A stretch of DNA of 64,000 bases. Source: Tubulanus polymorphus. Taxonomy: Eukaryota; Animalia; Nemertea. The stretch is from assembly GCF_964204645.1 (NCBI RefSeq), contig NC_134034.1, positions 10,428,962-10,492,961 of the forward strand, in the 5' to 3' direction. How positions within the stretch are numbered: position 1 is the first letter of the stretch; every line of letters starts with the position of its first letter. Below are positions 38,802 to 50,774 of this stretch, one piece after another. Made by a program: the position numbers and the translations under genes. The notes beneath the pieces were generated by a model that was not told the DNA's origin, did not search any database, and worked only from the letters and a program-made list of their open reading frames with translations.

Positions 38802-39147
38802 TCGTAATCGTTAACGAGGTTCGTGATCGGCTGTAACCAACGAGGAATCCAGCCCAATAATTGACGCCACCTATCGGGATTTAGCGCATATTGGCGGCAC
38901 CACCTACCGAAGAAAATAGCAGGACTCGAACCCGCTTGTTCTGATCTTGGTTGCCCGTGAACCCTATTGGATTATTCATTAACCTTACAACGGGACCGCG
39001 ACCTTTGCAGTTTTGCCCGCGCACTGTAAGCAGCTGCCAGGTGGACTGGAACCCGGATGTCACTGAACACTTTATACTGAGCTGCCGTTAGTGAATGCAA
39101 CAGCATCACATTTTTATGCCGCTGAACTAACCGAGGTCATCGGGCAT

Positions 39148-39425
39148 TCATAGGCGTCCCCAAGGGGGTGCGGGGTAGCGGACGCACCCCCTTTTCGAGA
39201 TAGCTAACTTCTCAAGTTACTATGTAATCAATGTTCAAGATTTTTCTTGCCAATTTGACTAGTCTTTTAACTCTAAATGATTCATTTAGAGCCTGGAAAA
39301 CGTCTCTAAAGCCTCCAATTTTCAAAAAGTTTTTTGGGGGAGGCCCACCAAACACCAGACATTGTGCTTGGATGCCGAATGGATGCTATTCGAACCGCCT
39401 ATGAAAATTCCTGGGGACGCCTATG
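39148..39425. mobile_element. MITE with cataggcgtcccca TIRs
   Basis: cataggcgtcccca ... tggggacgcctatg. Confidence 0.75.
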
Positions 39426-40361
39426 GTATTAACGAACAGATCGCACCCGACTGGTTAAATCGAATAGAATTGATATCCCTGTCTAATTATCTTTTCTATC
39501 CAGATGAAATCCTGGTTTCGGGCATGTATTTTCAATGTGCAGAATAAAAGCATATCATCAGGGTGTAGAATGAATGATGATTAGTGGGATTATTAGCAAC
39601 CTTTGAATACAATAGAGATACGTCATCGTAGCGCCAGGAACGTAATCTCTGGTGAGTTTGAATCCCACTTAATATCAAAAACTATCACAGAGATTTAAGA
39701 ATTTGAAGAATTCTATTTAGAGGATAGTTTTTTGTAGTTTATGACTCGTCAAACTTTTCATTTTTCCCCGTCAAAACTGAACATCAAATTTACTCGTTAT
39801 ATTATTCTTCATCAAATTTACTTTGTCAGTTCTACGTCAAATGCTCGGCGCATTTGATGAGAAATCGGAACTCGGCTATGTTGTTAAAATCAAATCGCCA
39901 AAAAACCCAAAAATATCAAATCGCCAGCGTAGATATACTGTCAAACCTGAATATCCATTTGACGCGTCAAAATCGGCATCAAAATTAAGAATTCATTTAT
40001 GACAGTCGCCAGTCAAAGTTTCCTATTTAAATCGATGTCAAATATCGTTTTTACTCGTGGAAAGACGTATTTAGGACTGGGCATTTACTCATCAAATAAC
40101 GTATTCGGACTGAAATCCGGAATGTCGGTCCGATTACGTCATATAACTCGAAAATGATGAGTCCAAGTAGGCCTACGTGTTTTAACGGGAAAACATGGTG
40201 GTTGTTCTTGTTGACAGTATCCACGATACTAAGATATGGACGTAGATGTAAGAATTATATGTTCGTATTTATTCGTCGAACGTGTAAGTAATAAAGTTGA
40301 ATTTTCACAGTATGTCTATGCAGTGATGAAATATTTTGCTAAACTCACACTGCGTAGCTAA

Positions 40362-40580
40362 GGCTAAACAAAAATGATACCTTGTTTCTCCGCAGCGGCC
40401 GGGTCATTTTTGTAAAATATGATAAAATTTGTAAACAGTTCATTTCTATAGCGGCCGGGTCTGTTATGGTAAAATTTATCACGATTTAAAAAAAAGTAAT
40501 GTATAGGGTAGATAGGCGGCCGGCCGGGTCAACATTTAAGCTCGGCAGAGCGGAGAAACAAGGTATCAATTTTTTTAGCC
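40362..40580. mobile_element. PIF/Harbinger-like MITE (TAA TSD)
   Basis: TAA|ggctaaacaaaaatgataccttgtttctccgc ... gcggagaaacaaggtatcaatttttttagcc|TAA. Confidence 0.8.
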
Positions 40581-40752
40581 TAAATCCAGCATACTTTTTG
40601 AAAAGGAAACTCGTCGCTAGTGGAGTTGATTTGTGTCGAGGTGAAGTCGAGATCTTTTGTTTTTCTCAAAGTTTAAGGATTTTTGTGTAATTTGCTCAAA
40701 TCAGAGGAGTTTCAAGCAGCTTTAAAATAATGGGGTTCATTGCGACACAAGT

Positions 40753-41077
40753 CATCCTCGCTTGCCAGGGGTCCGGTATCACTCCCGAACTTGCTTCCAC
40801 CAGCCCCCTGGCCTCACGAAGCGTGATTTCATTACTGGCGCTGTAGCTGTGACATCATATATCGATTTGCGAAATACTTCCTTGTTCGGTAAAACGTTCG
40901 CTGATTGGTCAATTTAACGGGAAACCAACAGAAGTCTTCTGACGGTTTGTTACAAGCGCTGTGATTGGTACGACCGGATTCCGGTCGGCTAGTAACGACT
41001 CCAACGACTCGTGAGGTCAAGGGGTTCGGGGAACAGCTTTAGCGTAGTGGGTTCGAATCCCTTGACGGGTGAAGATG
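40753..41077 (+). mobile_element. long (325-bp) form of the 9-bp-TSD element with an internal inverted-repeat-bounded segment 40804-41024
   Basis: gacacaagt TSD at 40744-40752 and 41078-41086; CATC...GATG termini. Confidence 0.88.
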
Positions 41078-41847
41078 GACACAAGTACACTATCCCTTGC
41101 AAACATGAGTGGCGCCACCTTCCGCCAATTTACACATTCCAGACCCGTCCAAGGAAGGGTGGGGGTCCACGTCAGTAAGACAAAGCGGCGAAGGCTCGAA
41201 GTTTTGATGCGAGTTTAGCTCGCGTTTGGTTTCAATATGATCAATAAGCGAGTTGTGATCTCCGTCACTCTCCACGCTGCTAAGTCGAGGAGTGTCGAGC
41301 GGCGTCTTTCCGCGTCAATTTCGATCGACAACCGCGAAGAAAAGATGAATCAACTCAAAAATCATTTAATTATGGAAAAATTTTAATCATTTTTTATTAT
41401 TTCTACAATTTATCATCGATCCATTTACCACTTATTTTACAGAGATGAAGTATCTATTTAAATATGCACTTCGTTATTTCGTTATTTCTTTAATACAAAA
41501 CACATTCCAAAACAGCAGCAGCAGCAAAAATTGCTATTGACCAAAAATTCTATTTCCTCAAATCATCGGCCAGCAAAACTGCGCCGACGGTATCGATCAA
41601 GCGGAAGTTACGTATTAAAATCAAGCTAGCTTTCATACAGTGCCACCTAACGTGTGGAATGTAAACTATGCTATCTCATCTGGGCAAACTTCGGACTTCG
41701 TTTGTTAGTCGTCCAAGCTAACATTCGAACGTACTTCGAACCGGGGCCGACACTACAAGTAGCCGACATAGAATTTCACCAAAACCAGATTCTGCAATCC
41801 TGCACTCGCAAACTCTATGAATCAGCCGACATGTCACAAGATTGATA

Positions 41848-42006
41848 AAGTGGAAACTCGTTATAATAACGAACTCGGATACAACGATTCATCGGATACA
41901 ACAAATATAGAATTCCGTCTCCGAGATAATTTGATCAATTTCATACAGGATATAACGAACATATTATCTTGTCCGGTGAAGTTCGCTGTAACGAGGTTTC
42001 ACTGTA
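41848..42006. mobile_element. Tc1/pogo-type MITE
   Basis: agtggaaactcgttata ... tgtaacgaggtttcactgta. Confidence 0.65.
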
Positions 42007-43801
42007 GTTCTGGGCATGTCATTTTAAATACACGAAGTTCGGCGACTCGAGGACCGGTTTATTGGAAATAAACGCTTCATTCAACTAAAGTTCACAAGCA
42101 GCATCTAAACGTGTTTGTTGTTTCGTAACTAAAAGCTATGATGACAATTTAGAACAAAAGCCGTCACCATCTCCCAAAACCCACAGGGGGGATTGTCGCA
42201 TTAGATGCGGCCGAAAATCAAGGGTTTACTTCAGTGTCCTACTAAATACCATCTAGATATTGCTTAATATCGTCATAACATGATACCAACAAAACATAAT
42301 ATCAAGGATCAATGAAGTTATTTTGAATTCGAACATATCGACAATAGAATTGACCGGCAACCAGTCTAGCCCCGATGTATTGATGACTGACGATGACGTA
42401 GTTCACATCGTCTCAAAAATAATTATCAAACAGCGCCGTCAAAATTTATTGATTACATAGAAAATATATGAGTCATCAATTCGTTTAATAATTACAAAAA
42501 AAAACGCCAATCATATTCACAATTGTGAGCGATATTTTGAAACGCTACAATATTGATGACGTAGTACACAGCGACGAACTCAGAACGAACCGTCAATAAC
42601 GCATACCCGGTCTCGATGTATATTATAAACATTATTCATTTGAACCGTTTTTACGCCTTCAAAATTTCAAATATCTGGTGTTTCACAAGGCAACATTCTG
42701 TCTCCCACACATAGCACACTTTCAAAAAATCAAATAGTTATCAGATACATACTGCAAGTAATATCCTTGATTTTGGACCCCGACCTTTACGTGACAAGCC
42801 CTTGATGCCGAAACCGAAAGATATTTATGAAAAAAAATTTTTTAGTCGATTACGCAAGAGCAGCAAAACAAAAACTTAATCGAGCAAAACTTAAAACGTC
42901 CATAAATAAGCATTGGTTCATTCTATGTACAGTACACAATCATAAGGTCCAACTTGACAATTTTCTTCTTTTAAATAACATTCAATTACACTATATACAA
43001 ATTTTACATTTCTCCAGTCGAAAATTTAGTACATTTATTGAATGAAAAAAAAAAACCTCCAACCATCGACATTTAATCTATATTAATAACAATAAACATT
43101 ATTATTATCATCATCATAATTATCATCGTCAATTTTATGAAATATAAAGCGCATTATTCAAACTTATCCATTAAAACAGCACCAATACAGACGAATTTGA
43201 AACAAGGAAAATTTACGACGCGAAACATTTCTTACTTAGAAGTAAAACAATTTATTCTAAGCAAATCATTTTTCAAGAATCGAAATTCTTGAAATACAAA
43301 TGATGAAGGTTAAATCCGCGTCATCCGGATTATCTGGGATGCTCAATCCGATTTCGCATTATCTATCGGTAAAATAGGCTAATCCAGTGATCCAGATTAA
43401 ATTTGGGTTTTGAATGATCTTTTTTTTCTTAAATCTGAATTTGTATTTCGCGAAAGACAATGTTAGTTGAATAAACCTTCTACAGTCACTCGACAATACC
43501 ACCGCCATCAATCTGCAGCTTGTTGACCCCATAGACCCCTTAGCCTGTTGACCCTATAGACCCCTCAGCCCGGACTCAATAGAGCCCTCAGATGAATGAT
43601 ATTTCAAAAGTACACTTCACATGTGTTCAGTACTCCACATGAGGCATTTCTAATTGAAAATGAACTACAAATACCACTGTACATTAGACATTTTGTCAGC
43701 ACACTTTCAAAAACTTCAGGGTTGGTGTCGAAGCGGGTTGCAGACTGATGCCAGTTGAAGCGCGCTGTGGAGAAGGTCGAACGAAGAGACTTGGATTGGA
43801 A

Positions 43802-43912
43802 TCACACAACAGAACAATAGCTACATGTTCGTTTACTGCTGTCCGTATGAGTACCACCGACCGTCACTCCGTTTCTGCCGTCCGTCTCCCACAAACCTGG
43901 CGTCTGAATTAT
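43802..43912 (-). CDS. RAB18: Ras-related protein Rab-18, exon 7 (last)
   Basis: cag|IIQTPGLWE...CSYCSVV*, with a Rab18-type CaaX-like prenylation end. Confidence 0.93.
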   Translation of the reverse strand: MIQTPGLWETDGRNGVTVGGTHTDSSKRTCSYCSVV

Positions 43913-43949
43913 CTGTCAATTGAAACGAGAGTATTTAGTTTATCAGTTT

Positions 43950-44480
43950 GCTGAGAATTGCAGTAGACTTTGTCCCTTACTGCGGTAAAGTTGAATCTAG
44001 TAAAATTCTCATAAGTTGAGTCACTGTCAAATAATAAGTAAGAGTTTGTGAAATACAGTAGATTCTGTCTCTTACTACTGCAGAGTTGGGACTGGTAAAA
44101 TTCTACCCAGAGTTGGTATCAAATACTGAGTAAGAGTTTGTGAACTACAGTAGACTCTGTCTCTTACTGCCGCAGAGTTGAGACTGGTAAAATTCTACCC
44201 AGAGTTGGTATCAAATACTGAGTAAGAGTTTGTGAAATACAGTAGATTCTGTCTCTTACTGCCGCAGAGTTGAGACTGGTAAAATTCTACCTCGAGTAGG
44301 TGTCAAATACTGAGTAAGAGTTTGTGAACTACAGACCCTGTCTCTTACTGTGGTAAAGTTGTGGTAAAATTGTGATTGTGAGTTGTGGTAAAATTCTACC
44401 CTGAGTTGGTGTCAAATACTGAGTAAAAGTTTGTGAAATACAAAAGACTGTCTCTTACTGCAGTAAAGTTGAGACTACTC
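43950..44480 (+). repeat. 92-bp minisatellite in Rab18 intron 6
   Basis: About 5-6 units. Confidence 0.88.
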
Positions 44481-44518
44481 CGAGTAGGTTTCAAATTCTG
44501 GATAAAAATCGTACTCAC

Positions 44519-44644
44519 TTTTTCGACAAGTTCCTCAAACGCGCACTGAACGCCTTCTTTAGTTTTCGCGCTCGCTTCGATAAATAAACATTGGTGTTTT
44601 CTGGCGAATTTCAACCCTTCGTCGCGGGATACCTCTCTTTTATC
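44519..44644 (-). CDS. RAB18: Rab18 exon 6
   Basis: DKREVSRDEGLKFARKHQCLFIEASAKTKEGVQCAFEELVEK; GT-AG boundaries. Confidence 0.95.
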
Positions 44645-44755
44645 CTGCAACGAAAACATCATTCCTTCTAACTCGATTTAACATAACATAGAACTCTCTG
44701 TTTATAACGAACAGATATTCCAGTGCCCTGAAGATCGTTGTTCTGCCATATATAA

Positions 44756-45160
44756 GGCGCTTTTACGAAACTGAATCTTTGTAAATCGATTTAAGTTTCA
44801 CGTTTACGGCACGCGGTTTAGTGAATCCGATTTGGTAAATCGACGTGTTTGTGGAAACGGTTTAGTAAATTAATTTACTAAATCGACTAACTTGCTCGCC
44901 GAGCAAGTTAGTGGCGATTTAGTCAGCTAAATCCAACATGGCGTCCTCTTCGACCGCGGGCTAAAGACATCTATTGCAGACCATCATCTATCAATAATTC
45001 GGTCACAATTGACGCCCATTTTCTTTTGAATCGCGACCTTTAAATCGATAAATTGATTCGATTCATTTACGAAAAATAATTCGATTTACTAATCCTTTTG
45101 GTTTCCGACATCGAATTGGATTTAGCTAAACCGAATCAGATTCAATTTCGTAAAAGCGCC
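44756..45160. mobile_element. MITE in Rab18 intron 5
   Basis: ggcgcttttacgaaactgaatct ... agattcaatttcgtaaaagcgcc TIRs. Confidence 0.75.
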
Positions 45161-45364
45161 TATAGAAATATTAATTATAACGAACAGATTTTCTGGTGCC
45201 CTGAAGAAACGTACAGGGTGTAGCCCTGGACCTACCGTCACTTTTTTCAGTAAAGCTAAATTTGACTCAAAAGCGGAAATGTATCTATTCTAATTTTTAC
45301 TAGTCTCCAACTGGGACGTAGCCCGTATATTTTTCAATTCGAAGGTGGTCCACTTCATACTTAC

Positions 45365-45483
45365 GCTATCTATTTTATTGCCGACTAACATTTTAATGAT
45401 ATCGTGTTTCGTGGAGAATGTTTCTAACTCGCTGAGCCACGCCTCTAATTTCTGGAACGTCTGTTTACTAGTTACATCATACA
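45365..45483 (-). CDS. RAB18: Rab18 exon 5
   Basis: VYDVTSKQTFQKLEAWLSELETFSTKHDIIKMLVGNKIDS. Confidence 0.95.
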
Positions 45484-45954
45484 CTGAAAAAACAAATAGA
45501 TTACGCATTATTATTAATATTATATTAATTTAGGCCGAGAATATTATATACTCAGCCGGAGCAAAATCTAAAATCGAGCAATTCGCTGCTGCTTATGCAA
45601 ATTACTACATAATTAATTCAGAGTAAATTACATAGCAATTGAATTTGCATAGGCAGCGGCGGTCGTGGGGGTCTTAAACAAGATTTCCGTTAGAGACCCT
45701 CAAAATTTTAAGCGCCACCTGCGGGATGTGAATTTGTATGAAATTTAGCTTACAAACAAATGTTTTTCATCCCGATTATAGCCAAAAAGGCTTTATCTGG
45801 TTCAGTTTAATCCAGATTTCAATTTCAATGTTTAATTATTATGCCCGAAATCCAATAGATGTCGCCAGGGTCTTCATTCAATACAACCATGGCAGCTCTT
45901 CGGGTAAGGCGGAATTTTTACAAGTGAAAAACCGGCAATTCAAATCTACACCTT

Positions 45955-46400
45955 CAAAAATCAGCCGCCTCTTATAGAATATCTGCTGCCCCTACCAGAG
46001 TGGATGTGAATATTCTATCAATAAGGATATTTGAAATGTATTGAGCTAATGTAAAAAATAGAGATTCAACCAAAATTAAGCATAGATTGTCTGTATTTTT
46101 TGGGGGATTGAAAGACATTTAAGTGAGTCGATGCCAAAAATCAGCCACCCTGTGTAAGATATTTTCTGCCCCTACCCGAGAATGGATGTCAATATTCTAT
46201 CAATGCTGATAATTGCTTTGAAATATATCAAGCTAGTGTGAAAAATAGAAGATTACACAAAAATTAAGGTTAATTGTCTGTATTTTCTGGGGGAATTGAA
46301 AGCCTTGCTATTTCAGCAATGTGAAAAGTAGAAAATAACACCAAAATTAAGCTTAATTTTCTGTATTTTTGGAAGGGATTGAAAGCCTTGCTTCTTCAGC
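45955..46400. repeat. degenerate ~180-bp tandem duplication
   Basis: aaaaatcagcc...tgcccctacc...tggatgt at 45956 and 46136; aaaattaag...tctgtattt three times. Confidence 0.65.
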
Positions 46401-46575
46401 AGCCATGATGTCATATACACTTTACAATGAATGCAGCGCCTTTAAAATTCCAGCATATGGAGATGCTGGATGAATTTCAAGTTCAATTTCAAGTTCAAAA
46501 ATTCTTAATTATGCCACCGGTTTACAGCGAGTATCACGCAAACCTGACCTCCGCGTAACTATCTACGATACTTAC

Positions 46576-46648
46576 CCAATATAACGCCTTGAGCTCCACG
46601 GTAATAACTGGGAGTTAACGTTCGAAATCTCTCCTGTCCGGCCGTATC
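46576..46648 (-). CDS. RAB18: Rab18 exon 4
   Basis: [24 protein letters not shown]. Confidence 0.96.
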
Positions 46649-46746
46649 CTGAATATAACAAAAACAAACTACAGAATTTAAATCAATCTTAGCAAAAATC
46701 ATATTCCGTTGATACGGTACAAATAAATTCATTACCAAAAATCTAA

Positions 46747-47044
46747 AGCCGGGCGTAGGTCGGCCTTGCGACGTGATCGTCGTGTTGCGTCACAAGTGGG
46801 GGCGTAAGTCGGTTGCGATGCGATTGTCAGCGACTGTGTGCGACTAGTTGCTCCCAGTCGCAAGAGCGCGTAGATCGGTTGCGACGGTCGCGTCGCATCG
46901 CAGAAAGTAGAACATGTGCGACTCATTGGGACTGGCGTCGCTGGCAGTCGCAAGGTAGCGTAGGTCGGTGAGTCGTTGCGACGCGATCGTCGCTGGCGGT
47001 CGCAGTGAGTCGCAAGCCGTCGCAAGGCCGACCTACGCCCGGCT
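46747..47044. mobile_element. PIF/Harbinger-like MITE with perfect TIRs and TAA TSD
   Basis: TAA|agccgggcgtaggtcggccttgcgacg ... cgtcgcaaggccgacctacgcccggct|TAA. Confidence 0.88.
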
Positions 47045-47309
47045 TAAGGGGTCAGTTGCACAGTAGACTAAGATTAATATGACCAGTCACAGTGTTTTCA
47101 ATAAGAAATTAACAAGCCAGGTCCCTTTGAAAAACAGAACGGTCCCATAATATGTCACAGTCCCTGTGACGAAAGCTGGTATGAAAAACAGGCGTGTCCT
47201 TTACGAACGACAGAGGGGTCTGGGACCTTGCTCATTGCAAACACTGCAGTCAATATTCTTAGTTTTATTACCGATCTAACAACCTAATGCAACTAGGCCA
47301 GATTTGAGT

Positions 47310-47595
47310 CTAAGTTCTATTTCAACTTAACTTGAGAGGACAACTGGCAGCCTGGCTCAGTTTTAGTGGTACATACCCGATACAGGTCTAAATAGGACCA
47401 GATTAAACTGGCAGAGTGGATCAACTCGAACATTGATTCATAATCCAGCCATGTTCAAAATCGATGTTTCAGTTCAACTGCCGGTTTTATTCTGGTCCTT
47501 ATTAAGACCTATAGCGGGTAACATATGTACCACACCGTAACTGTCTGAGCTAGACCACCACATATCCTCTCGAGCAAAATTGAAACAGACATTCG
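47310..47595. mobile_element. fold-back element (ctaatgtctattt family), Rab18 intron 3
   Basis: Degenerate palindrome homologous to 49120-49621. Confidence 0.65.
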
Positions 47596-47628
47596 ATAAA
47601 TTACTTCGTCGTTGTCTATATTTCTTAC

Positions 47629-47690
47629 CCAAATTGCTAGTTTCGCGCGGTTTCCATCAACTGTGAGTGTTTTCACTTTAAAATCAACAC
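47629..47690 (-). CDS. RAB18: Rab18 exon 3
   Basis: GVDFKVKTLTVDGNRAKLAIW. Confidence 0.96.
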
Positions 47691-47846
47691 CTGAAAATTA
47701 TGAAATCCATGATTAGCTAAATCCCCGCATTTTGAGTTTGTCCCTTGAAAATTTTAACGAATATAGAAGTCAATAATTAATACTCGTGGAGGGTTCTTAC
47801 TGTTCATCTATTTAGACTAGATTTAATATCTTACACCTACTGACCA

Positions 47847-47978
47847 GGGCCCAGTTTCACGAAAAAGTTTAATCCTTAAACGGTTAAGTTTCAATTGTTG
47901 TCCTCATTGAAAACATGAAGTAACCGATAGCAATTACACCAAAAATTTGAGTTAAACTTTTTTTGTGAAACTGGGCCC
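47847..47978. mobile_element. MITE
   Basis: gggcccagtttcacgaaaaagtttaa ... ttaaacttttttgtgaaactgggccc. Confidence 0.75.
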
Positions 47979-47980
47979 AG

Positions 47981-48131
47981 CAGATGTCTAGATTTCAACT
48001 TCGCTTGAGAAGGCATCGGGTAATCTAGCTCAGTCAAACACAGTATATATACCGGTACCTGATGACTACAAAATACAAAACTGAGCTTCACCGACCAACG
48101 TCCTCTCAAGCGGAACTGAAAAAGACATTCG
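47981..48131. mobile_element. short fold-back element (same family), Rab18 intron 2
   Basis: atgtctagatttcaacttcgcttgaga ... tctcaagcggaactgaaaaagacatt. Confidence 0.6.
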
Positions 48132-48176
48132 GCTCTAGCTGCCTGTAATAGACCAGCTATCTGTAGCTTCACTTAC

Positions 48177-48232
48177 CGATTGTGGCAGCTTGTTCAGGGT
48201 CGAACGTATCATCAGTGAATCTCAATAATAAA
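48177..48232 (-). CDS. RAB18: Rab18 exon 2
   Basis: SLLLRFTDDTFDPEQAATIG. Confidence 0.96.
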
Positions 48233-48560
48233 CTACAACAACAAAATAGAGAACATAACTGAATCAATTGAGAAAATTGAGAAAAAATACTTCCACATCA
48301 GTTCCACAATTCATCACACAGTTCCACATTTCAGCACCTAGACACCAAACAGTTCTCGATCCTGTTCCACTGGTCTGAACCAAGTTCCACTGATTTGAAC
48401 CCAGTTCAACAGTAAAGATTAGACTCATCGAAAAATAGCGTAAAGGTCTGGCGCTGCAGTTGCTCAAAATTTGGTTAGAGTTAACACCACTGGATAGTTG
48501 ACATCGTGACAATTGAAAGTCCATTGATGCTATGGTATTTATCCACTTGTAATCTTTAAC

Positions 48561-48882
48561 AAGGAGCGGTGTGGCCGAGCGGTTAGAGCGTTTGACTCTG
48601 GGAAGCCAGGTCGTGGGTTCGAACCGCGTACATTGCCGTAGTGTCCAGGGGCAAGACACTTATCCTCATTGCCTCTCTCCACCCAGGAGTAAATGGGTAC
48701 CTGGTCTAGTAGATGACTCCTGAGCGTTTGTTAGCAGCTCGGTGTTACTTCTCCCTAGGGAGAGATAACTGATACATGTTAGAGTATAAAATTGGCCGGG
48801 GTAATAATACCGAAAAATGTAGAGCGCTCTGAGCAGCCTGGCTGGATTTAGCGCTATATAAGACATATTATTATTATTATTA
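48561..48882 (+). mobile_element. full-length tRNA-derived CORE-type SINE with L2-like tail, inserted in a MITE (48449-48911)
   Basis: A box tggccgagcgg, B box ggttcgaacc, CORE-like ggggcaagacacttatcctc, tail tgtagagcgctctgag...gcgctatataa(TAT)n; ttaac on both flanks. Confidence 0.88.
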
Positions 48883-49119
48883 TTAACCAACGGTTGAGGA
48901 ACTGCAGCCCCTGACTTTTAAAAGAGATCCATCACGACTGAGTTTGCACACATAATTTCGAGGATTCATATGAATAATAAGTGAATGCTGAACTCCCCGC
49001 CCGGGAGTGTACGAATGTCTGTATGAACTGAACATTGCGTCATCGCACGTGAAACAGGGTAACTCACATGTTTGACCTTGTTTCATATTTCTGGTATTAA
49101 CAGAATGCAGTCACCAGTC

Positions 49120-49621
49120 TAATGTCAATTTCAGCCTGACTTGAGAGCATTCCGGGTGACCTAGCTCAATCAGTTTTGGTAGTACATACCTGATAAAGGT
49201 CTTAGTAGGACCAGAAAGGACAGGCAGTCGACCTTAAACATTGTTTTTTAATCCACTTTAAACTGTATTGAAGGATATCCAAAAAATCTTTATTGAAAGG
49301 GGTTCATGAGAGAAAAGAGACTCCATGATTTGAAAGTTGAACAATATGTTTCCATGCCTACCAACTGTAGTTTGGTATGTAGGCATGGAAACATATTGTT
49401 AAACTTTCAAATCATGGAGTCACTTCTTTTCATTTAACCCCTTTCAGTGAAGACTTTTTGGATATCCTTCTATACAGTTTCAAATGGATTAAAAAATGAT
49501 GATTTAAGTCAACTGCCAGTCCTTTTTGGTCCTACTAAGACCTTTATCAGGTATGTACTACTAAAACTGACTGAGCTAGGCCACCAGGAATGCTCTCAAG
49601 TCAGGTTGAAATAGACATTAG
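49120..49621. mobile_element. fold-back element with ~240-bp inverted arms (Rab18 intron 1)
   Basis: ctaatgtcaatttcagcctgacttgagagcattcc ... ggaatgctctcaagtcaggttgaaatagacattag; centre ~49370. Confidence 0.88.
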
Positions 49622-49957
49622 CTGCAGTGTGGCGCTAGGGCAGGCGGTAAGGTTAGGTACATAACCATTAGGGACAGTCGCTCTAGGTCACCTTTCCACT
49701 GACGGGGAATCTCACTTTATCTGCATATATGCACGCGTGAAAGAATAGGGTTAGGGTTAGGTGAGGCTATATTTTAATTAACTAATCTAGCTTCCAGTCG
49801 TGTGCAGTGGTACAGCGGGTAAAGCACTCGACTATTTTTTCATTTGGTTTCGAATCCAAATATTAAAAGTCAGAATTCTACTATATTGCGCATGCGCTAA
49901 CCTTCACCCAGCCCTGGCAGAGGTTGCCTCACAGAGGTCTGCCCTAACTCTACGATC

Positions 49958-50505
49958 CTAATGTCTATTTATTAATTGATGAGACCTGTTTTTCTTGGAT
50001 ATTTTGCTTACTTTTTGGGGTACATACCACATTTATGTCTTAACAGAATGCCAAAAATCGCGGACAACAACTGAATATCCGATATATTTCCAGTTCTGTA
50101 CCAATTAGATGGATTGGCAAAAAGACTCCTTAAGTCCAGTTGAATGAGAGAGAAAATCCTCCATTTTGTCAAATTTCTTGGATTTGAACATTGTTACCAT
50201 GCCTACGCCACCCTGATTTAGTTGTTGAGACCCCACAAGAAAAATAACTTCATTTCGTAGGCATGGTGACAATGTAAAAATTCAAGAAATTTGACAAAAT
50301 GGAGGATTTTCTCTCTCATTCAATTGGACTTAAGGAGTCTTTTTGCCAATCCATCTAATTGGTACAGAATTGGAAATATATCGGATATTCCGTTGTTGTC
50401 CGCGATTTTTGGCATTCTGTTAAGACATAAATGAGGTATGTATCCCAAAAAGTAAGCAAAATATCCCAGAAAAACAGGTCTCATCAATTAATAAATAGAC
50501 ATTAG
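49958..50505. mobile_element. fold-back element with ~250-bp near-perfect inverted arms (Rab18 intron 1)
   Basis: ctaatgtctatttattaattgatgagacctg ... caggtctcatcaattaataaatagacattag. Confidence 0.9.
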
Positions 50506-50774
50506 TAGTGTAGCTGTGTACATCAGACACTAAGGTTCTTGTTAAAGGGCTAACCTTACTCCGTAACCACCGGAGCTATCGCACTCCGTAGCCGGAGCTA
50601 TGTCGAAAAGAATAGTACCGAATGGTGTTTAAGGTACAAAACTGCAGTTGGTCCTTTCTGCCTCCTGTTTCAGTATTTCATTACGTGCACATAGAAACTA
50701 AATCATGAAGCCTAAGCCAGCAAGGGTGATGAGTGAGTTAGTGTTTGTGGCCGTGGTGTGGTAGGGGTTGTTAC

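Noticed and set aside
48329-48346. RE1/NRSE-like ttcagcacc motif
   Set aside because: Only the left half-site matches, and it lies within degenerate repeat DNA.
48563-48635. tRNA gene
   Set aside because: The acceptor stem does not close, and the sequence continues into a SINE body and tail.
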